DNA of 38,040 bases from the NCBI GenBank assembly GCA_963725235.1, contig CAVRXN010000001.1, forward strand, positions 1 through 38,040, read 5' to 3'. The first letter of the stretch is position 1. Each line of letters starts with the position of its first letter. Below are positions 33,057 to 38,040 of the stretch, piece after piece. The notes under the pieces are model-generated. The model searched no databases, had not been told where the DNA came from, and was given only the letters and a program-made list of their open reading frames with translations. The position numbers and the translations under genes were made by a program. Source of the stretch: an uncultured bacterium. GTDB taxonomy: Bacteria > Patescibacteriota > Minisyncoccia > UBA6257 > 2-01-FULL-56-20.

Positions 33057-33094
33057 ATAATCTGCTAAAATAGGACTGGGGCGATAAAAATAAT

Positions 33095-33826
33095 ATGGAT
33101 GAAGAAAAAGATTTAGTTCCAATAGGAGAAGCGGCACAGCTTCTTGGGGTTTCTATTATGACGCTTCGTCGTTGGGACGAAAGCGGTCGTTTTCCTGCTA
33201 TCAGAAAACAGGAGGGCGGCGACCGCTATTACAAGAGGAAAGATATCGAGATTTTTATGAATGACCTTTTTAGATTGGCGCAAGAATGGGTGGCAACTAA
33301 TGCAGAATTTCCTCAAACCTTTTATTGCCAGACGAGTGCTGTTTTCCAAACGCGCCTTATAAGGATGCAAGACGACATGATTCGCAGCGGCACCGTGCCC
33401 GAACTGTTTTCATTACTTGTTTCTGTTGCGGGCGAGATAGGAAACAATTCTTACGACCACAATCTTGGGCTGTGGCCGGATGCTCCGGGCATTTTCTTTG
33501 GATATGATCTTAACAAAAAACAGATTGTACTTGCTGACCGGGGCGTTGGAATTTTAGAAACGCTGAAGCGAGTAAGGCCCGGACTTACCAAGGACTTTGA
33601 CGCGTTGGACGTGGCGTTCACGGAAGTTCTTTCTGGTCGCGCTCCCGAAAGCAGAGGCAATGGGCTGAAATATGTAAAAGAGGTGGTTTCCGAAAACAAG
33701 CTCAATCTATTTTTTCAAAGTGGCGATGCGATACTTACGATGCCGGCTAAAGGGAAAGAATTCGAGTATGCGCTTACGACCACCAGCCAGAGTTTACGTG
33801 GATGTCTTGTGCTGATATCATATTAA
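33095..33826 (+). CDS. MerR-type HTH fused to a GHKL (RsbW/SpoIIAB-like) ATPase/kinase domain
   Basis: The HTH is PIGEAAQLLGVSIMTLRRWDESGRFPAIRKQEGGDRYYKRKDI. GHKL boxes are GEIGNNSYDHN (N box), DRGVGI (G1) and GNGLKYV (G2). Confidence 0.7.
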   Translation: MDEEKDLVPIGEAAQLLGVSIMTLRRWDESGRFPAIRKQEGGDRYYKRKDIEIFMNDLFRLAQEWVATNAEFPQTFYCQTSAVFQTRLIRMQDDMIRSGTVPELFSLLVSVAGEIGNNSYDHNLGLWPDAPGIFFGYDLNKKQIVLADRGVGILETLKRVRPGLTKDFDALDVAFTEVLSGRAPESRGNGLKYVKEVVSENKLNLFFQSGDAILTMPAKGKEFEYALTTTSQSLRGCLVLISY

Positions 33827-33842
33827 CTATTACAACTAACAA

Positions 33843-34133
33843 ATGACTATTGAACTCAAAAAATTTGGCACAACGCTTATTTCACGCCAGGCGGGACGAG
33901 AGTCCTTTGGGGCTCTGCAGCCAACCTTACGTGACGTGAAAGAAGGCGAAACTCTCGATATAGATTTCGCGGGGGTTTTGACGTTCTCGCCGTCGTGGGG
34001 CGACGAGTTTCTGACGCCACTTGGAAAAGTTTATGGCGAAAAAGTTGTATTACAAAATACAAATAACCCGTCGGTTCGGGCAACGTTGGAGTTGCTACAA
34101 AAAACGACCGGAATTATTTTTAAGGAGCGATAA
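33843..34133 (+). CDS. STAS-like small protein (DUF4325-like)
   Basis: 96 aa. LISRQAGRESF..GETLDIDFAGVLTFSPSWGDEFL fits my recollection of the DUF4325/STAS-like pattern. It starts 16 nt after the GHKL gene. Confidence 0.55.
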   Translation: MTIELKKFGTTLISRQAGRESFGALQPTLRDVKEGETLDIDFAGVLTFSPSWGDEFLTPLGKVYGEKVVLQNTNNPSVRATLELLQKTTGIIFKER

Positions 34134-34192
34134 AATTTTATGCCGATCATCCTGACGCTGATTCCGATGAATTGGAAGATTGAGATTGGGAT

Positions 34193-34672
34193 ATGAAAGA
34201 TCTTATCGATCAAATCGAAAAGCGTTTTGAGCTCGTACTTACCATATCAATATTTTTCCCCGTGCTTATGATGACCTATTTTCAGGTTACTCATGGCTCA
34301 GAATCACAACAGAATTCTACGTTTATATATTTTACTTTAGCAGGTTGTTATATTTTGGCATACGCAATATTTCAGCTCCATAAAATTTTGCCACCGATTC
34401 CAATGCTGGCGCTTCAGATGCTTGATTGGGGATTGTGGTTGAGTATCGCTTGTTTCGCCATCCCTATTCTGTTTTTCGCCGGAGTCTCTCAAGGGGACAT
34501 AACTTTTCCGTCATGGTGGTCTTACTGGATCAGCTTGCTGTCGTTCCAGGGTTCGATGTGGGGAATTGTCGGTCTCGGTTTTGTCATTCTTTATTTTGTT
34601 ACAGCTATTTTACTTATTGCAATTCTTCAGGCAACCATTTTACGAAAATTGTCAGATAAGAAAATATTTTAA
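34193..34672 (+). CDS. four-helix membrane protein, unknown function
   Basis: Track ORF with four long hydrophobic segments. Its stop abuts the next ATG. Confidence 0.6.
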   Translation: MKDLIDQIEKRFELVLTISIFFPVLMMTYFQVTHGSESQQNSTFIYFTLAGCYILAYAIFQLHKILPPIPMLALQMLDWGLWLSIACFAIPILFFAGVSQGDITFPSWWSYWISLLSFQGSMWGIVGLGFVILYFVTAILLIAILQATILRKLSDKKIF

Positions 34673-35230
34673 ATGAAAAACGTAATCATCATCCACGGCT
34701 GCTCATCCACCCCAGAAGAGAGCAAAGCATATCCTGAAAACAAGCACTGGATGCCATGGCTGCGCGAACAATTGATCGCTCGCGGTATACCTACGACAAC
34801 GCCGATGATGCCTGAGTCGTGGTCGCCGGATTATGAAAGATGGAAAGTAGAGCTCGAGAAGCAAGAGATAAACGAAGGGACGACACTTATCGGGCATAGC
34901 TGCGGATGCGCGTTTCTGGTTCACTGGCTTGGTGATTCAAAGCGCAAAATCGATAAGCTCATTCTGGTTGCTCCTTGGAAGATCGGCACGAGCAGCGATG
35001 CGAAGAAGAAATTTTATGGCTATCAGATAGATGAAACTATCAAGCAGCGCGTGAATAAGATTTTCATGTTCACTGCTAACAACGAACATCCAGACGGTAA
35101 GAGAAGCTTGGAGATATTCAAAAATGCTTTGGGCGGCACCGTTATCGAACTCGATGGACGAGAGCATTATACTTATGAGGATATAAAGACGGAGGAATTT
35201 CCGGAGTTATTGGCGGAAGTTATTTTGTAG
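34673..35230 (+). CDS. alpha/beta serine hydrolase (YdeN / RBBP9-like, Ser_hydrolase family)
   Basis: VIIIHGCSSTPEE, HWMPWL, the nucleophile elbow LIGHSCGC (GxSxG), LILVAPW and a distal His region. Confidence 0.7.
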   Translation: MKNVIIIHGCSSTPEESKAYPENKHWMPWLREQLIARGIPTTTPMMPESWSPDYERWKVELEKQEINEGTTLIGHSCGCAFLVHWLGDSKRKIDKLILVAPWKIGTSSDAKKKFYGYQIDETIKQRVNKIFMFTANNEHPDGKRSLEIFKNALGGTVIELDGREHYTYEDIKTEEFPELLAEVIL

Positions 35231-35539
35231 TACACTTAACTCATGCCAAAGAAAATTTCAGGCGGTGTGGCGGCGGTACATCCACTGCCGGCAGATCTAA
35301 AAAAAGCTCTCACATCCGATCCGAAGGCCCTTGCGAAATGGGAGGATATTACGCCGCTCGCGCGCAATGAGTGGATCTGTTGGACTATCTCGGTCAAGAC
35401 GCCGGCGAAGCGGCAGGAACATATTAACCGGGTGCGCTCGGAACTGAAAGAGGGGATGCGGCGCCCTTGTTGTTGGGCGGGCTGTATGCATCGAAAGGAT
35501 AAGCCGTTAAGTGCTTCGCAGAAATGGGTGCTGGGGAGG
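35230..35539 (+). repeat. direct repeat copy B (YdeI/OmdA gene plus upstream 13 nt)
   Basis: See copy A. Differences are scattered substitutions plus one extra codon, so this is a diverged duplication. Confidence 0.8.
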
Positions 35540-35554
35540 AGGGGGAAGAAATGA
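35243..35554 (+). CDS. YdeI/OmpD-associated (OmdA) family protein, copy B
   Basis: PADLKKALTSDPKALAKWEDITPLARNEWICWTISVKTPAKRQEHINRVRSELKEGMRRPCCWAGCMHR. Confidence 0.7.
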   Translation: MPKKISGGVAAVHPLPADLKKALTSDPKALAKWEDITPLARNEWICWTISVKTPAKRQEHINRVRSELKEGMRRPCCWAGCMHRKDKPLSASQKWVLGRRGKK

Positions 35555-35659
35555 AATCTCCAGTTCCCTACGGGATCGCAGACTAAACGATAACTTTTCA
35601 TTATATAATGGTATAATCATAGGGATGGTCGAATAAGCCTGTTAAATAAAAATTAAATT

Positions 35660-36190
35660 ATGAAAAAATCTTCCGTTATTTGGTTGGTGGTGATCGTCGT
35701 TGTTATTGTTATTGCGGGTTATTTCTGGTGGGCGTCGATGTCTTCGTATCAATCGCCGGTTACAACAACGCAAACGCCTACGTCTACCGGTGCGACGAAT
35801 CCGACGACGAATCCAGCAGGGACGCAGCAAACGTTTCCAGTCAATACGCTTACGCTGAATAATTCTGGCGGTGGACAGTTTGGAGCTTACCTCAGCGGAT
35901 CAAACGGCATGACATTGTACCAATCCACGAAGGATACGACTAACGTCAGCAACTGCACGGGTGCATGCGCAACCGCTTGGCCGCCTTACACTGTTTCCGC
36001 TGCAGCTGCAGCTTCCGCTGCATTCACTGCGGATCCAGGTATCGTTGGTAAGATCGGCACCATCACACGTGCCGACGGCTCGATCCAGCTGACGTACCGT
36101 GGCTTGCCGCTCTATTTCTTTGCGGGCGACACAAAGCCGGGCGACACGAACGGTGAAGCCGTTAATGGGTTTACGGAGGTGGCACCGTAA
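35660..36190 (+). CDS. membrane-anchored secreted protein of the COG4315 / Lipoprotein_15 repeat family
   Basis: TM anchor and Thr/Pro-rich stalk. Then GMTLYQSTKDTTNVSNCTGACATAWPP and ..ADGSIQLTYRGLPLYFFAGDTKPGDTNGEAVNGF, the two halves typical of this family. Confidence 0.7.
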   Translation: MKKSSVIWLVVIVVVIVIAGYFWWASMSSYQSPVTTTQTPTSTGATNPTTNPAGTQQTFPVNTLTLNNSGGGQFGAYLSGSNGMTLYQSTKDTTNVSNCTGACATAWPPYTVSAAAAASAAFTADPGIVGKIGTITRADGSIQLTYRGLPLYFFAGDTKPGDTNGEAVNGFTEVAP

Positions 36191-36215
36191 GAGAGCAAAC
36201 TGGCCAGTCAAGAAA

Positions 36216-36243
36216 ACAGCTCCAGGGACGGGGCTGTTTTTGT
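36216..36243 (+). terminator. rho-independent terminator
   Basis: ACAGCUCC (36216-36223), loop AGGGAC, GGGGCUGU (36230-36237), then TTTTTGTT. Confidence 0.65.
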
Positions 36244-36269
36244 TATACTGACGTCGATTTAACAATTGA

Positions 36270-36683
36270 TTGCAGATTTCAAAAAGTAATATTCCTGCCC
36301 TCGCCGCCGTACTATATAGTGCTATGGACTCCACCATTTCACCGACAACAAAGCCGCTGTATCGCGGCGTGCAGATTGTTAAATATCTTTTTGGACTGCT
36401 TGAGATCCTGCTGGCTTTTCGGTTTTTCCTGAAGCTTGCGGGCGCGAATCCGGCGGCCGGCTTTACCGCACTTATCTACGGCGCGACTTATCCGTTTGCC
36501 GAACCGTTTCTTGCCGTGTTTCGAATCACGGTCGTCGAAGGCAAAATTTTCGAATGGACAACTTTACTTGCGCTCCTGGTCTATGCACTCATCGAGTGGG
36601 GTATCATCCGCTTGTTGTTGATGGGTAAAGATGTTTCGACGCCGGAAGCTGCCGCCAAGTTGGAGCGGGAGGAGCGATCATAG
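36270..36683 (+). CDS. YggT-like small membrane protein (start may be ATG 36324)
   Basis: VKYLFGLLEILLAFRFFLKLAGANPAAGFTALIYGATYPFAEPFLAVF..TLLALLVYALIEWGIIRLL resembles the YggT pattern. This assignment is tentative. Confidence 0.5.
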   Translation: MQISKSNIPALAAVLYSAMDSTISPTTKPLYRGVQIVKYLFGLLEILLAFRFFLKLAGANPAAGFTALIYGATYPFAEPFLAVFRITVVEGKIFEWTTLLALLVYALIEWGIIRLLLMGKDVSTPEAAAKLEREERS

Positions 36684-36730
36684 GTTTGGCGCACCGGCTC
36701 CGTTATTGTTTTTGATGTATACTATGCCTG

Positions 36731-37648
36731 ATGGCTACACAATCATCCACATCATCCATTCCAGCCGTCGATATACAATCCTTCGCAATGCGCTTTGGCG
36801 ATAAAGAGGTCGTGCGCGACCTGTCTTTTAGCGTCCAGCAAGGCGAGGTTTTTGGTTTGCTTGGTTCGAATGGCGCGGGCAAGACGACGACGATTCGGAC
36901 GCTGTTAGCGCTTCTCGAGCCGACGAGCGGCACGTTGCTTGTCAATGGCAAACGTTATAGCCCGGCGATGGCGGCGACGGTTGGGTATTTGCCGGAAGAG
37001 CGGGGATTGTATCGCAATGAGCCGGTGCTCGATACGATGGTTTATTTTGGCGTCATGCATGGGCTGAGCCGGAGCGATGCGCGCCAACGTGTTTTGGCAT
37101 ATTTGGATCGCGTCGGTCTCGGCGACAAGGCGAACGCGCGACTCGTCGAACTTTCGAATGGGCAACAGCAAAAGATCCAGCTTGGCGTTACGATTTTGCA
37201 CGAACCGTCGCTTATGATCCTTGATGAACCGACCGAAGCGCTCGATCCGGTTAACCGGTCGCTCTTGATGAGCATCATCAACGAGCAGCGGACGAATGGA
37301 GCGACGGTCATTCTCGTCACGCATCGCATGGAAGAAGTGGAGCAGCTTTGCGATCGGATTGTTTTGCTGAAAGATGGTACGCGTGCGTTGTATGGGACGA
37401 TTGACGAGGTGAAAAATAAATTTGGCTCGACTGTTATAGCGCTTGCCTATACCGGAACGTTGCCGGTCAATGAAAAATTGTACGCGATCACGAAGCAGTT
37501 GCCGCATTATGCGGAGCTCGCGTGGCGCGAAGGCGTGACGGCGGATGAGATACTGCGGTTTTTGGCTGTCGCTCCTAATTTGCATCTTACGACGTTCGAT
37601 GTTCGCCGGCCGACGCTCAATGAAATTTTCTTGTCGCTCTATAAATAA
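36731..37648 (+). CDS. ABC transporter ATP-binding protein (ABC-2 / NatA-like)
   Basis: Walker A LLGSNGAGKTTT, Q-loop, signature LSNGQQQK, Walker B LMILDEPTEALD and H-loop VTHRM. Confidence 0.9.
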   Translation: MATQSSTSSIPAVDIQSFAMRFGDKEVVRDLSFSVQQGEVFGLLGSNGAGKTTTIRTLLALLEPTSGTLLVNGKRYSPAMAATVGYLPEERGLYRNEPVLDTMVYFGVMHGLSRSDARQRVLAYLDRVGLGDKANARLVELSNGQQQKIQLGVTILHEPSLMILDEPTEALDPVNRSLLMSIINEQRTNGATVILVTHRMEEVEQLCDRIVLLKDGTRALYGTIDEVKNKFGSTVIALAYTGTLPVNEKLYAITKQLPHYAELAWREGVTADEILRFLAVAPNLHLTTFDVRRPTLNEIFLSLYK

Positions 37649-37672
37649 GTTCAAGTAAGCCCCATAAATAAC

Positions 37673-37999
37673 ATGTGGAACATTATTAATTTCGAAACGT
37701 TGCGAGCACTCAAAAAGAAAAGTTTTTGGATCGCTTCGATCGCGCCGCTTATTCTTATTCTCATTGTTGTTGGCATCGAATATCTTTCCGCCAAGAACGC
37801 GGCGAGCCAGGCGGCGCAGCAGGCGCAAGCATTTTCGGCGACTGCGAAAATCGGAGAGTTTGATGATTCGGGCTTGATAAGCCAGCAGCTGGTTGCGACG
37901 CAACATATCATCGTCGAGCCGAGCAAAGATGCGGGCATCGCGGCTGTACAGAGTGGCCAGCTCGATGCGTTCTTTTATTACCCAACGGATCCGAGCTAA
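37673..37999 (+). CDS. N-terminal part of an ABC-2 (NatB-like) permease; the reading frame breaks at about 37996 and continues to the window edge in another register
   Basis: The first TM is SFWIASIAPLILILIVVGIEYL, followed by an extracytoplasmic domain ending ..SGQLDAFFYYPTDPS. After the TAA the next register reads KMDIEVYAKDTGIS, the expected continuation. Confidence 0.6.
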   Translation: MWNIINFETLRALKKKSFWIASIAPLILILIVVGIEYLSAKNAASQAAQQAQAFSATAKIGEFDDSGLISQQLVATQHIIVEPSKDAGIAAVQSGQLDAFFYYPTDPS

Positions 38000-38040
38000 A
38001 ATGGACATCGAAGTTTATGCGAAAGATACCGGCATCAGTT

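Noticed and set aside
36905-38008. 367-aa minus-strand ORF
   Set aside because: It runs antisense to the well-supported ABC ATPase and permease genes. The translation is Arg-rich and low in complexity (RRR, RFR runs), which is typical of a shadow ORF.
1-38040. Alternative genetic code (UGA read as sense) as an explanation for the broken genes
   Set aside because: Well-conserved genes terminate at TGA in tight ATGA overlaps (2831, 4160, 12870). The broken genes require register changes, not stop read-through, to restore conserved motifs.
1-38040. CRISPR arrays, tRNA or rRNA genes, reverse transcriptase / DGR or retron components
   Set aside because: I saw no regularly spaced repeat array, no T-loop/acceptor pattern (GGTTCGAATCC-like) and no YxDD-containing ORF. 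This was an eye scan only, so tRNAscan-SE, Infernal and minced should confirm it.

Overview
38-kb window read by eye from the sequence and the ORF track. No database search, fold calculation or statistics were run. Genes end at TAA, TAG and TGA, so the standard bacterial code fits. I found no rRNA, tRNA or CRISPR array. The window has three parts. (1) 1-7.4 kb is a phage- or plasmid-like integrated element in decay. It holds short early-region ORFs, two replication-organizer-like winged-helix genes, a DnaB-like helicase, and two tandem paralogous tyrosine recombinases (one intact, one broken). Most of the recognisable genes need frame changes to be read. (2) 7.9-24.1 kb is an operon-like, co-directional surface-glycan locus and is the strongest candidate for a new system. 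It contains a broken processive GT2 synthase and a GT-C (PMT/ArnT-like) membrane domain fused to a GH5 mannanase-like domain and a lectin-like domain. A polyprenyl-phosphate GT2 overlaps that gene. Next come a small nucleotidyltransferase, an NDP-sugar 6-dehydrogenase and a full-length hyaluronan-synthase (HasA)-like GT2. Then follow two giant membrane-anchored proteins: a heparinase II/III-type lyase with CBM-like and NodB-like domains, and a CBM-like, NodB-like and lectin-like protein. A small Ser/Thr-rich protein and a convergent LamG protein end the locus. The logic is to make a uronate-containing polymer, then cut and deacetylate it, with no Wzx/Wzy or outer-membrane export genes. (3) 24.8-38 kb is an accessory and regulatory patchwork. 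It includes a MOSC protein, a split Fic module (inhibitory-helix ORF plus Fic), a PNPOx-like protein, and a cold-shock-domain fusion. It also holds an IMPase-family protein, a Fic-wHTH protein behind a triple-repeat operator, and two diverged YdeI/OmdA copies bracketing a 3.4-kb gene set. That set includes a MerR-HTH::GHKL-ATPase plus a STAS-like partner. An ABC-2 exporter runs off the right edge. Other points: a compensated frameshift is hidden inside the apparently intact 1139-aa ORF, and inferred indels cluster strongly in the first 9.7 kb. There is a 0.7-kb structured non-coding gap, a structured leader upstream of the glycan locus, iteron-like repeats inside the rep gene, and a 12-mer that recurs in three intergenic regions. 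Family calls rest on motifs I recognise and should be confirmed with HMM and structure searches.
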